From: Anthoceros angustus
Lineage: Eukaryota > Plantae > Anthocerotophyta
Assembly: GCA_010909165.1 (NCBI GenBank)
Contig: MU008167.1
Coordinates: 1,426,001 to 1,490,000, forward strand
DNA length: 64,000 nt
Direction of reading: 5' to 3'
Position numbers and translations under genes: made by a program. Below, one piece after another: positions 34,261 to 48,124 of the stretch. The notes beneath the pieces were generated by a model that saw only the letters and a list, made by a program, of their open reading frames with translations, did no database searches and was not told where the DNA came from. Position 1 is the first letter of the stretch, and the number at the start of each line of letters is the position of its first letter.

Positions 34261-35602
34261 TTTGCGTGCTGCTTTTACTGCTTTCTCTACTTTTCTTCCT
34301 ATCTGGCTTTTGTCAAATAAAGATCCAAGGGCTATGGGGTCAACTAGTGCGCAATTAGAAAAATAGAAGAACCCAAACACACTTCGCATGTCTGCAAGTT
34401 AATCTATATGAGATATTCATGAGATTAAGAAATAAAGCACGTTAATCTTAGTCTGTTAAATGGTTTTGTATGTGAGTTGTGTGTAGAGGGGTCAGAGCAG
34501 TACTTTTCTCAAGCTGTTTTGCCTCCTCCACATTTGGGTATGTGGAAAATCAATGAGCCACATTGGAAAATAGATCCTATAGTGCAAGGTCATAGAATCA
34601 TCGAGATAGTCACGTTTTTAGAATAGCAGGTGGCTCCACCATTGTACTTGGGACCTTCAACAAAATACTAATGAGGGATGTTCCCCTTCATTTTTAGCAT
34701 GGAGCTTGGTAGCTTCAGAGTCATGTCATGTTATCAAGTTTCAGTTGTGTTTTTGTGTGTGTGAGGGAGAGACTCCCTATGACTCATGTGCTAACGTGGG
34801 ATACTGCTGGACTCATCAAGCTTTCTTGTTAAGTGTGCTAGCAGCCTTGCTTACACAGGCCTAGCCTTGTGTGTGACTACTAGCTGTTGTTGTAACATTG
34901 TGCACTAACAAGAGCTTGTTGAGCTGTGTTCAAAAGGCATCGCATTAAATAAAGCGCTGTTATCAAGCCCAATTGCCTCAACACTAACCCGTATACGTCA
35001 TGCAGGCTCACTCGCCATTGTGAGTACACTACCAACTAGAGAGCTTGTGCAGGTAGCAAGGAAGCAGAGGTACTTTGCCACTTGGCTAGGTCTTGTTATC
35101 TTTTCCCAAAGAGAGCATTATTAGCAGGTCTCATTGTCTGAAATTTTATAGATTATAATTTAAAATATTTTAAAGATTTATTTTTATTATATTATTTTAA
35201 TAAATTTTATTTATCATATTTATACATAAGATATCTATCTTAATTACTTGTGTTTACAGTGTAAGGCAAAGTTTGCTAGAATGAAGGAAATTCTATGTGT
35301 AGGGTCCAAGCTTAAAGCTAATGGGTTACCCAATGCTATGGGTAGTACCTACTATATATGTACCTAGTAGCTTTAAAAAGGGGAAATGGACAAGGGAGGT
35401 GTAGATGCACATGTCTCCTTAGCGTTCGTGGAGGGACCCTGCTTGCTGTGTCACAAAGTACGTCGCTCTCGTTCGCGGTCTGCTTCCTCTCCTTTTCTGC
35501 TACGCGGGTGCTGCAATTCTCTGTTCACCTCCCGGACTTGGTGACCACCCATCGCGGCATCAAGCTCCTCATCTTGCGTCCATCTCGCGCCATCTCGCAG
35601 CA

Positions 35603-36889
35603 ATGGCATCCACAGGCCCCAACAACATGCAGGCTAAGCTGGTACGTTGCTTCTTCCGCCCCGGTGTGCAGCTTTGTGCCTCGTTCTAACTGGAAGAGGT
35701 GAATTAGGGATCGCTCCATGTGGTGTGGTTTCACTCCCTGATGCTGTTGGCACGCCTCATCTGAGGCTTTGGAGATGCTAGGGTTTAGTGGATGGTGACA
35801 CGGGGAGTGGCATCGTGCAGGTGCTTCTTGGGGATATGGGAGCTGGGAAGTCCAGTCTCGTTCTGCGGTTTGTGAAGGGCCAATTCTTCGAAAATCAGGT
35901 GTGCATGACGTTGTTGGGACTCGGTGTGGAGTTTGGTAGGCCATGGAAATCGACCTCAGACATCGTGTTTTTTTCCCATGCGCAGGAATCAACCATCGGT
36001 GCAGCTTTCCTCACACAGACGCTAGCTGTAAATGAAACAACTGTGAAGTTTGAGATCTGGGATACCGCAGGACAAGAGCGGTATCACAGTTTGGCGCCCA
36101 TGTACTACAGGGGTGCAGCAGCAGCTGTTATTGTGTATGACATCACTCATCCGGTGAGTAGTGGCTTCGTTCTGCTGGTTAGGTAGCTTATTGGAGGAGG
36201 ATTTAGGGTGTTATGCAATTGAAGCTGGTTTTGGAAGTGGGTTTGGGCTGAATTCTCTGTCTTCTTCCAGGACTCCTTTTCCAGAGCAAAGAAGTGGGTC
36301 CAAGAGCTTCAAAGGCAAGGTATCATGCGACTGGATCCGGGGAGATCTGTAGGTTGTGCATGTGTGTGGGTAGTCCTCCCCTCGTAGGGCACTGACCCAA
36401 TTGTTTGCAAATTCCAGGGAACCCGAATCTTGTCATGGCACTTGCAGCAAACAAGGCTGATTTAGCTGCAAAGAGGAAGATTGAAGTGGAGGTAGGAAGG
36501 TGGCATGCCCACTGTGCAGGCTTTGGACTTTGTTTTCTTGGAAGGTTTAAATTCCATTGAGCAAATTTTGGGACTATAGCCTGAAGGTTTTAATTTTGGC
36601 AGGAGGGACAAGCGTATGCAGATGAGAACGGTCTCTTTTTCATGGAAACATCAGCGAAGACTGCACAGAACGTCAACGAACTATTTTATGAGATTGGTAG
36701 GTGTCCGAGCGTGATCAGGTTGTACCACAGATGGCATGAGCTTGAAGAGCTTGAACTGACGGTTGCTCGAATTTTCACCTCTTTGCAGCTAGAAAGTTGC
36801 CAAAGGCGCAACCAGCCCAGCCACAGGGGTTATTGCTGACTGAAAAACCTGCAGCCAAGCTTCCTTCTCGAGCTGGGTGCTGTACATAG
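35603..36889 (+). CDS. RABF2: Rab5-family GTPase RABF2 (ARA7/RHA1-like), 7 exons
   Basis: [13 protein letters not shown]|[22 protein letters not shown]...ESTIGAAF...[20 protein letters not shown]...NKAD...ETSAK...GCCT*. C-terminal CC prenylation motif, no N-myristoylation extension. Confidence 0.95.
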
Positions 36890-39800
36890 ATCCGCCATAG
36901 CCCCGGAGTTGCCCCAGGAGGCGCTCCACGAGCTATGGCGCACTGTGTACACAAGCATCATTCACCGACCTCGTGTTACCAAGCGTTTTTTGTGTATAGC
37001 CCGACTATTGGCCACAGGCAGATTATCGGCTTGTGGAGTATCTTGTATGCCTCTTCCTTGACTCTGGTTCCTGGATGGAAATTGATGTGAACGGAAGTAC
37101 AACCAGGAGAAGTGATTTCTTGTAGGAGTTCTGAAGCTCAAGTGGGCACCATGCTTCAGAATGCGCCATTCTTGCTGTGCCTGAGAAAGAAAATATATGT
37201 GTAGATTCACTCTACGCCATGCTTCATTTCCTTTTGCCTGAGTACCTAAGGTTTTGCCAGCAGCCTTTCATCGAAGTGGAGGTTTTGGGAAGATACATCC
37301 ATATAGTTATTTCTGTTCCTCCTGAGAATTTAGAGTATTGGACTGACTACGTATGTACAATATTCCATGTTTTACGTAATGCTCTCGATCATCTGACATC
37401 CACCGGACTGAAGCAGCAGAGCTCTTGATTTCTGTGCCCTGTGTCCGTTGCCTCTTCCAACGGCGAGCACGAGGGCACACCTGCAGGTAGACTACTACAG
37501 TCTCGTCTTACACTGAAGACGCTTCCGTATGGCTGTGACTCGACATGACACACAAATGGGAACCACCGGTTTTGTGTGGTGAAATTGCATACAACAGATG
37601 GAACAGACAGTGGTATCATGGGTATCATGGGTCCCATGCAGCCTTGTGAGCAGGCCAGGTACCCCCCTTGGAGGTTGGAAAAATACAAGAGCGCATTGTG
37701 AGGCTACGTACACTCATAGTATTACAGACTCAACCGTCCAGCCGTCCTGGCCATCTGAAGCATGTCTTAGGCAAATTCTGGGAAGCTGCTGCCACATGTA
37801 CCCTCACTGCAGAGTCATGGTGTTGGATGATAACAACTGAATGAAACTCCAGCTACTCCAGTACATGGCTGCCAGCAATCAGTGTTTGGCCCTTTTGCTG
37901 TGGATCAAGCCATGTATAGACCGCCATGCATGTGCCGCATAGAAAAGCAATTGACTTTTTTCTCCACCTCGCTGGACGCCCAGGTATTCGAGGTTTTTTG
38001 CCGTTACACCCGGACTCCAAAATCGACACCAGCTTCTGCCGAGCAGCCGAAGCCACGCGTTCCAGAAGAAGGCAGGAAAGCCCACAACGGATCACGAAGG
38101 GAAGAAAGAGTAGGAAAATGGCAGCAACGCCTCGAGGAAGTCGTTCGCCAGAAGCATAATGTGTCGTCATGCCAGCAGGATCTTCCTCGACAAACATGCC
38201 TGTGTTATCTAACATTTGTGCCCACAAATGGTGGCGATGATGGCGATCCGCATTGCAATCCCCACCACACCAAACCCATCGCATGGCATACCGCATGAAT
38301 AAACAAATCGGCTTGCCCTAATTCCTGCCATTATTCCTTGCAAGTGGGACCTGCGCTCGTCCGTTTTAGGGCAGCGCGGCTGGTGGGCAGTTTGTCCTGA
38401 TGCGCTGATTCCCCGATTCGCCATCAACCCGGTTTTTTTATACGCGCAACGAAACGATCACGATCCGGCCACATTGTGGCACTTCCTCCTTCCGACAGGA
38501 GGAAGCAAGCCACGATCCGATCGCCTACCAACTTCCGTCCCAGGGCTGTGTGCCGGCCCGACCCCGGCACACGCCATACGCCTTTCTCTGCCGCATTGCG
38601 ACAACTCGTCGACTACACGCGCGATCTTAGAATCCGTTGAGGACTTCCAACACGTATCTCTGTGGAGACTTTATTATGAAAAAGAGATGGGAAACCATCT
38701 ACCCCAAGACAAGGGACAACCTTAGGAGAGCACATGATGACCAAGGGACTAACTCTGCTATCGCCAATCTTGTAACTGCCTACCACGCCAAGGATGTCAA
38801 AATCAGGATGGGAAAGGGCCTACTACCACGCGTGTTCAAGGTGTCATAGTCGTCCTACACACCGCATTGGCCAACGCCCACTACATCTCACAATTTATAT
38901 CTATACAAACTTTTAAAGTACGAACTAACTAGTGTAGAAATTACAGGCTATTAAACCATGTAAAACGTTGTATGTAGATAAAGGATAAGATGTGGTTTTG
39001 GTGGACTGGAACCAGCACCAGGCACCAGGTTGCGTCCATGGTCGTTGTCGTGACCGCGTGTGGCGTGTAGGTTTGCCATACACACACGCTCACCTCAGTC
39101 TTTTTCAAGTTTAAAGCTTACTGAAAAATGTCTCGACCTGACAAACTCACTCGATGGAGCTCGGCGCGCCTTCCCGAGGAAGGACAACCTGAGGGCCAAC
39201 ATTGGCTACAATTACATATCAATATCACAACGAGACTAACACGGGTGCCCCCTGCCCAGGCACAAAACCTGGATGTTCCTTTGGAACGACGGTTGCCGGT
39301 TGCCGGTTGCCGGTTGCCGGTCCCCGCAACTGTAGAGGCCACACGTGAAGAAAACCGAAGGAAGGCTACACCGAGAAGCGGGCCGGGGCGGGCCCAGGCA
39401 GCCTGGTCCCATGCCGGTTACCCAGTGCAGAGCTGTTGCAGCTGCCTCGCACTGCGAACTCTGCAACGCAGCTGGCCAGGTTACCAGGTAGCGGCGCACG
39501 CTGGACGCAACCCATTTCCGCCATTCCCAGTCATGGGCTCGTCCGTCTCGAACTGCGGGCCCCACCGCCCCTGCATTATTCTTTTTCTGTCAGCGCAGTA
39601 AATTGCACCGGTCACCTCTGCCCGCCTTCGCTGCCAGCCGGTTGCCCCTTTTTTTTTAATTTTATCCCGGCCAGTCCCGGCCAATCCGGGTCGGGCCGGG
39701 CCGGGCCGGGTCGGGCCGGGTCCTTCCAAGGTCACCGTGCTGTGGCCGGCGCCCTGTTTCAACGTTCCAGTTGGCGCACGAGGGCCCCAGAAGCCAGTCC

Positions 39801-40411
39801 CACCGTTGGCGAGCCTCTCGCCGTTGGCGTGCCCAGGTGTCCACGCTACATGCCGCAAACTTTCCGTTCCGAGACCCGAGTTGCGATTTCGAGACGCGGG
39901 TCGCGAGTCGCGAGTTGCGGGTTGCGAGTCCCTCGCTGTTGTGAGCTGTGTGGTTTGTTTGCGCGCGTTGTTTCGGTAGGCGCCGGCGGCGTCGCGTCTG
40001 CAACTCTTTCTCTCTTCTTCCTCGCGGTTCAGCAGCCTTGCGGTTGTTGGGATGGGATGGTAGGGAGGAAGAGCCACTGCAAAGGCTGTACATTTTGTGC
40101 GCGGATGGGTTGAGGTTGAGCGATTCAGAGAGAGCGAAGATGCAGTCTCCACCCCCTGGAACTGAACTGAAGGGAGGAAGGAAGGTCTCGCGCGTTTAGA
40201 TGTCACATTGGTTGGAGATTGGGGAGGAGGGAGCAGCTTGGTGGCTCTGACAGGAGGTGGTGTGGAGAGGTGTAAGAGACGTCACGCGAATTTAATACGG
40301 AACGCGGAGGTGAATGAATGAAATGCGACAGCGGCACGGGGGCAGGACGTGGACGCTGTAGGTGATTTGACAGGCGGGGGGAGCGGGAAGGGAAGAAGGG
40401 GAGGGCGGGGG

Positions 40412-42508
40412 ATGCGACGCTGGGAGATGGAGGGGGGAAGAGGTCGGGTGTGGGTGCTGGTGGTAATGTCGGTGCTGGTGTGGAGGTTCCGGCATTGGGA
40501 GGTGGAGGGGAAGTCGCTGCCCATCACTGGGGGCTCGTTCGAAGTGCTGGTGCCCAATGGAGGAGTTTCGGCGATGCACATGTTCGTCACCAAGGCCAAC
40601 ACGGTGGTGTACTTCGACAGGACGGATTACGGGCCGTCGCAGCTGAAGTTGCCCAACGGAGTGTGTAGAAATGATCCCAACGATCTGAAGCTCAAGGTGG
40701 ACTGCTTCGCGCATTCCGGGGAGCTCACATTGTCGGATAACAGCATCCGGCCGCTGTTTGTGTTTTCCGATACTTGGTGTTCGTCGGGGGCGTTTGCCGC
40801 CAATGGGACTATGATTCACACTGGAGGGTACAACGATGGTGAGAAGGTATGCGGGATGGGGAATGCGGAAGGTTTTGGGGGGAGGGGGGAGGAAGGAAGG
40901 AAGGAAGGAAAGTTCTTGGATGGTGCGGTGGCGGCTTACCTGAATGCTGTGGCTGGTGTGCAGGTTGTGCGGGAGTTCGTCCCCTGCGCGGACAAGAAGT
41001 GTGATTGGATAGAGTTGCCGCCGGCGCAGTCGGAGCTGACGGTGAAGAGATGGTACGCCAGCAACCATATTCTGCCCGACGGGGTGACCAGCATCGTCGT
41101 CGGAGGGACCGGGGCCTTCTCTTACGAGTTCGTGCCGAGGCCTGCCGGGCAGAGCAGCTTCAACTTCCCGTTCCTGCGTCAGACCAACAGCCCTGGAGTG
41201 CAGGGCAATCTGTACCCGTTTGTGTTCCTCATGCCGGACGGCAATCTCTTCATCTTCGCCAATAACCAGTCCATTGCCTTCAACTACCAAACCAATCAGG
41301 TGAGAAAGCAAGATCGTAGACATTTTTGTTGGGTCTGGGAGAATTTGTGTTGGGTCGGAAGGATTTCTGTTGGGTCTGAAAGAGTGGAGATTTTGGGAAG
41401 CTTGTCAGTGTTTGTGTTGGATGAATGAGCGGGGATCATTGACTGGAAACTTGGAGCAGGTGGTGAGGACGTACCCGGAACTGGACAGCGATGGCGGAGG
41501 CAGGAATTATCCATTGACGGGGAGTGCCGTGATGCTTCCGCTTCTTTATTGGGAGAATTTCACCTCGGCACAGGTGCTGGTCTGCGGAGGAGCACCTGCA
41601 GGGTCGTATCAGCTGGCCAACAGGAAGGTGTTTATGGAAGGTTTGAATACCTGCGGGAGGCTGACAATTACGGACCCCAAGCCCGCCTGGAGGATGGAGA
41701 AGCTGCCCACTCCGTGGGTGATGATGGACATGGTTCTGCTGCCCACCCAGGAAGTGCTGCTGGTGAATGGAGCCTCTGTGGGCGTCGCAGGCTGGGGCTT
41801 GGCAGATAAGCCTGTGCTCAACCCGGCTCTGTACAGGACGTACATCGCCAGGGGTCGGAGGTTTAAGGTAAATTGCATCATGTCCGAATCCTGCATGATG
41901 ATTCACAGATTCCAATGACAGCTCAGTTCTCCTCCTGCTCATCTTACTGTCGTCCTAACGCTCCTGTTTGAAATGCTTGTTTGTTTGTTTGTTTGCGACA
42001 GACGCTTTCCGCAACCAGCATCCCGAGAATGTACCACTCTACCGCAGTCCTGTTACCCGACACCCGGGTGCTGTTGGGAGGGTCCAATTCGCATTCGGGT
42101 TACGTCTTTACAGGAACCTTCCCGACGGAGCTGAGGCTGGAAGCTTACTCGCCTTATTACCTGGATTCTGCTCACGTCAGCTTGCGGCCCCAGATTACCA
42201 AGTTGTCCACAAACACTGCGGGTTATGGGCAGAACATATTTGTGCAGTTCGCCCTTGCAACCAAGCCCAAGCGCTCCAAGTTCAACGTGGTCATCTACGC
42301 CCCGCCCTTCGCCACTCACTCCTTCAGCCAGGGGCAGAGGCAGCTGGTGCTTGCCAACACCAGTCCACGTGCCACGACCGTGGCTGGAAGGTATCAGTGC
42401 AGGGTCACAATGCCGGCCAAGAATGTGTTCGCTCCACCAGGCTACTACATGCTGTTTGTGGTGAACGCGGGCGTACCCAGCCCTGCAGCCTGGCTGCAAC
42501 TTGCCTGA
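40412..42508 (+). CDS. GLOX: Second glyoxal/galactose oxidase-like protein; exons ~40412-40846, 40964-41299, 41460-41867, 42002-42508 (start codon uncertain)
   Basis: Same catalytic set (DTWCSSG, KRWYA, PRMYHS, ATHSF) and the same three phase-0 introns as the 25.5 kb paralogue. Confidence 0.92.
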
Positions 42509-42984
42509 GGCCCAGTTGCCTGCTTGCTACTATACCTGCATTGCTCTCTGTCGTCACCTTTGTAGCTGGATTGTTAGAGAAGAGATCCTGGCATTGATAT
42601 GGCATTCGGTTGCGTTGGTGATCAATCCTTATCCAAAGCAGGGTCTTGGGTTTGATCACTTCTGCAACTGCTCCACTGTATTGCTCCTCCCTCACAGGAT
42701 GAACCTGTGTGGGAGCACTAGGGAAAGTGGCAAACACTCAATAGATTATTAGTACTATGTTGCCGAATTATGATTATTTTGGACGGGATGAATATGTACT
42801 GAAGTGGAGACAATTAAGTAAAAGCTTTGATAATAGAAGCTGGCCCCGGCTTAACCCTGGGAGACACTGAGATATATTTATTTCTTCGAGAACCGATGCA
42901 AGAGACTAAAACTCACATCGAAGTGCGTGTTGCCGATGCATATAATATACAACCTAATCATTCCAATAATCTACAACTGATCCA

Positions 42985-45900
42985 TCAGTGGAGAATATAA
43001 ATCAGATCACCAGCTTCCATAACTTCATCAGGGAGGGGGTTGGTATAGACATAAGGTACCACAGATCCTTGTGTTCCAAGTGGTCGGTGCAGGCCCAAAG
43101 CAAGCAGATGCTCTCGCCACAGCATGCCAAGAAAGAGCTCCTTGAATGTCACACCCACATAGTGCTTGGGCATCTCTATCTGGTCTAGTGCTGGGACCTT
43201 CTCCCCCTCGGCAAATGAATTGGACGGCTGTCCACCGGATATAAAGTTCTCCACTATGTTCACGGTGTTTCTGTTGAAAAAAGAAGAATACCTGCGAAAA
43301 CAAATCTCAAGACTCAGAAGTTGCACCCAAATCTCGCCTCTCTGCGAATATTACAGGCAATGCAGCATCCATGAAAGTGGAATGTTCTGAAAGAGCTTAC
43401 AGGAGAAACGTCAGAGCCGAGGGACAAAAACCCTTCCCCTCTATGTAAGATGGCACATATTGGAAGGAGGCATGTCGATTTCTCTGATACATTTCGTGAT
43501 CAAACTGTTGGCGCTTGATGTGAAACTTTGGCCTTAAATATTGGATGCTCACATCATCTTGCAGCTCAGTGATGAGCCGGTGTCCCGTCGGCTGTTGAAG
43601 TCTTTCAACCGTTGCTGCAATGAGGACGTTCTCAACATCGGAGGTGAAGGAAAGCGAAGCTGCAACATCACCATCGTCTACAGGCTCCTGTCCAGGTTGA
43701 TATTGGTTGTTGTTGCTCTGAGTCAGGATCACCACTTTCTCTGCAGGAACACAACATGCGTCAATTTTCTAAAGAAGTACGGAAACCCAGAGCTTCATTT
43801 ATAAGCTCGTATGCTACCACGACGTACCTGCTTGCAGAACGCCAGCCCGCACAAGATCAAGCTCGTATACTGGAGATCCCTTGACAACATACACGTTATC
43901 AAACATGCCAACGGAACCCCATTTAGCCACACTTGGCAGTTCGGGGTGCAGGATTACGATAGGAGGGTTTGGCTGCACATTCGTCCTCAAATGTGACACG
44001 AAACTGAAGAGGTTGGAAGGCCACTCCCCTTTGATGCAAACCAGAACATGAGGTTTCTCAAGGGAGACTACCCTCAGTGTGCTGTTCCTCAAGTTCTCTG
44101 AAATAGCGTCCTCCCTCCTCTCCAGTACAGGTGGTTCTGGCTGACGTGATTTATTCAGAGGAGGCCAACTCATAGCTCTGTCTACAGCATCCTCGAGTGA
44201 GAGACATGAAGACCTGGCTGAATTTGGACAAACCCGGCAATCCTGGCCATGTTTTGCAGCAAGCATTATCGGGTCCATCACACTCTCTTTCCGCTTTGTA
44301 CTTTTGCCTCCAGAACCTGACCCCTTTTTTCTGCCCGTCTGGTGCTTCATCTCTTCTGCATAGTCAAAGGAGATAGCGTACTCCTTGCTGGCCGCCTCAT
44401 CATCATCCGTGTAGTAGTGCTTTTTCAAAACCTGCTCATCATGTAGATTTTCAGCATCAAGTACAGATAACAATCTGAAATCAGCTACACCAAGCCACTC
44501 TTTTGAGAATACAGCTGCCTCACAATCCCTACCTCCTTCAGGAGATCGGTGTCCAGCTTTTCTCTGGAAGGCCTCCTCAGAATCGATGACAGTAGCGAGG
44601 TGCAGGTAGCAAAACTGTGATTACGACCGAATTGTGACACCTGCTCAGCTTGCGCCAAATTTTTGGCAATAACCAATCCAACATCTGAAGATTTTAGCAT
44701 CCGTCCTCTGGGATGAAGAAGGACCTCTCGGTACGTGTCATCCTTTGAGACAGCATCCAGCCCAAATAATATGACTCGGTACCGTGAGTACACAAGTTCA
44801 ACTGCCTGCATAGCCAAAACAGGGAAAGAAGAACTGTAAACCAGTCTCCGGTCTATACTAGCATCCTTGTCCCCCTACAAGCAAACCTCTTGGTCAGATT
44901 TTTCGCACCTTTTCGAACACCAATGTTTCGGCAAAACATGGGGGCAGAATTACGGGAAACACTCCTTGCTGCATTCCGTGGCCATATTGGTTCATCCAGT
45001 GCGCTGGTTCAGCATGGGGCCAATTTGTGATTCGCAACCCTGAACGGAACAGATTGGTTACGAAAGTGGAGAGCCCCTTGATGTAGCAACTGTACAATTC
45101 AAGTAGAGGGTCATTAACTGGAGACATTATGCGCTCAAGCGAAAGTACAGATCTTGGCACGTTGACAACCACTAGCAACCGAAAAAACGGACAAAGGTGA
45201 TTCAGTGCGAGCCTTTACCCGCGTGCCAAGAGTTTGAATCGGATTTCTTCGGGGCAGATTATCTCTATCTCGCTTTCTGCATCATCCCAAATGGCACTTG
45301 TTTGTCTCTCCGGTTTTAACATCTCCACAATGACTCTGACGCCTGAACCACAATATCGGTGCACCGTCAAGGTCCGGACGATCTGGGCGGCGTCCTCTGT
45401 GTCTGGATCCTGAATACAGCAGTACAGTGTCAGGAAGCTGAACAAAATCTCCAAACTGATCTGCTCTGTGGCACATCGTTGAGGTTCACCTTGGCATGTT
45501 GATCTGCAAGCAAGAAGAAAGCCGAAGCAACCTTGGCACTGACACGATCAAGATCCGTGTCCTTAGTGGGCGTCCCTTCAATGAACTCAACGAGACCGTC
45601 GTAATGAAACAGCAGAGTCTTCAACTCAAATCTAGTCGGTCGTCACAAAGCATTATCAGACAGGAGGTTATTCATCTATATGCCTTCATTGCCATCGTAG
45701 TTACATATTCAGGAAATCCAGCATCTTGTCTCTTTTGCTTTTGCAGAGCATGTGAACGTACGAGGGCTTGTAGGGGGCTAGAATGACCACCCGAATAGGA
45801 TAAGCTGGCATATCTGTAAGAGTCCAACGTTACCATTAGTGGACCATCAGCAGTTCCGGTACCTGCGTGCACACATACATAAACTATAGTGGAGCTTGTG

Positions 45901-48124
45901 TGGACCTTGGTCCCGACCTTTAGAGTGGCTTGGATGATAGAACTCTGACAGGAAGTCCTGCACCATCCTGAACGACAGGTTCCCACTTATGATGATAAGC
46001 CGTGAACCAATAACTTTCTTTACAGCGAAAGTTCCTCCATAAGGCCTGAGAAGATCGAGAATAACTTGTCAGAATCCCTTCCTGGTAAGAGCTTTCAGAT
46101 CTACAAACGATCAGGTACCTTCGCGAAGCAAGCTGCAAAATCTTCCCAATCTGGACGGGAAGAACTACTAGAGCTGTCAATATGGTGCAGATTATCACCA
46201 CCCTTCCCCAGTCCGACTTTGCAGTGAAGTCTCCATAGCCCACGGTTGAGATCTATTAATAAAATAGACTACAACTTAGTGTCTCCTCAGTGGAATGATG
46301 CTAACAATCACTACTTGATGTAAATGTACCGTCACGATCATCAAATACAAGGCTTCATAGTAGCTCAGGCAACCCATACGACCGCAGTTGTTTGCAGCCT
46401 TCACATATTGTGAAGTAGCTTTGTACTCCACCCACTGGAACACTCCGGCAGCTATAAAAACTGCATACAAAGTGGCCAGAATCAGAATGCTGTTTGAAAA
46501 AGCTTTGCAATAAACTTCTCTGGTTACTCAAGTGGGAAAGCCTACCTGCACCAAATGTATTGACAATCAACAGGAATATCTGATGCCCAATTGCGCTCGT
46601 AAAAACGAGCCATGATGTGAGAACCGGCATGACTCTTGTTAAACGAGTAACAGGCGCTGTCAGTGAAATGGAACTGTCTCAAAGTAGCAGCAGATATTCA
46701 CAAACAGATATTGGTCTCAATGGTCGTCCAAAAGCGGTACCTCAAAATCCGTAGCACCAGCAAGATTTGGAACCATGCAAATGGCGAGCCCATATCACTA
46801 CTGCAGGATCACACTATTCAAAGTCAAGAGAGCTTCCTGACGAATGAAAGAAACAAGAGAACTGAGTTGTTCGTTTAAGCCCTTGTCGGGTACACATGTA
46901 TAAACTAATGGGGGGAGGGGGACATACTTCTGAACAGAGGCTATCGTAAGAGCAGTTACAAGGTCCACAAGCCCAGTGATGGAGAACACGTAGTAGAGCC
47001 GCACAGGAGCACTGCAATGACATATCAAGCAACAATCAGCATAGGATAATGGACAAAACAGGATTGCCTTCTGAACTTTGGAACCCTAAGATTCTCACCT
47101 GTAAAGTTTCACAAGATAATCGACAGTGAAGAACAATGCACACCAATACTCGATTAGTGTGATCCAATGTCGCCTCCCAGACGTGTACCTTCAGGAGCAA
47201 ACCAGGCCTTACAAACTGGTAGCCACCAGCACAGGTAGAAACGAAAAGCGATTCAAGATGTCACATACGTGGACCGCACGTAGAGAGCTACCAGGACGAT
47301 CGCTGCAACAAATTCCAGCTGCACAAAGCATACCCCGACAGTTGTGAAATCACTTGCATCCCCAAACTTACAACATGTCTTGTCATGGTGATGGACAATC
47401 CAAAAAACCTTACCCAGGTCAGCAAAGGTGTCCATTTTCCCCCACGTAGAGCTGCCCGGACCTTCATCTCGAGAGGGACTTCTCCATACAAGTAGGAATC
47501 GTGATATGTCTCCAACACATCCTGAAAATCCCAATCCAAAGCGTGAGAAGTGCACGCACATTCAGCGAAACCACCACCCGAGTTGCATGCTCATACCTCT
47601 GGTGCATCAATGTCCTTATCCTTGGACTGCCCCTTGAGCCACCAAAGGCCATCCAAAAACCTGCTTTCAAAACTGGCAGAAAACCGTGCGAACAGGGATG
47701 GAGACAGAGATTCCTCTGAATCCGTGCTCTCAGGGTCCGTTCCAGCATTTTCCAACTTGAGATCAGTTTCTGCTCCATCATCATGCGGCAGCGTCGAGCA
47801 TTGGCCCGAGTTGGAGATGACTAGGCGGCGCGACTGCGTAACGGCTCGGGAAAGCCTGTTATCAGGATCAGCCACTTCCGGAATGGTAACCTCAAATCCA
47901 TCACCGGGGAACGTCTCATCCAAATTGCTGTTCGAGCGTCTGTTGCGAAAAACCAGGATCATCAACTGCTCCAAACCACTGACAAGCCGCAACAACCTCA
48001 AACCGGCTCATTCACCTTCCACACCATCCAAAACAAGCACAGAAAGTTTGACACACGACCTCAAGCTCGACCGTCGCCTGGACGACCTGCTCTTGCTCTC
48101 AGAGATAGCTCTAGCCGGTGCCAT
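42985..48124 (-). CDS. Slo/BK-family K+ channel: S1-S6 plus two RCK domains, many short exons (start codon inferred)
   Basis: Pore ISTVGYGDF (~46225-46255). RCK1 FIEG...DLDRV.A..ASAFFLLA|DPDTEDAAQIVRTL, RVIVEMLKPE. RCK2 ITELQDD..IQYL. C-terminal YVYTNP..D.IY.L. gccATGg at 48124 joins the downstream ORF through a phase-2 intron. Confidence 0.88.
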
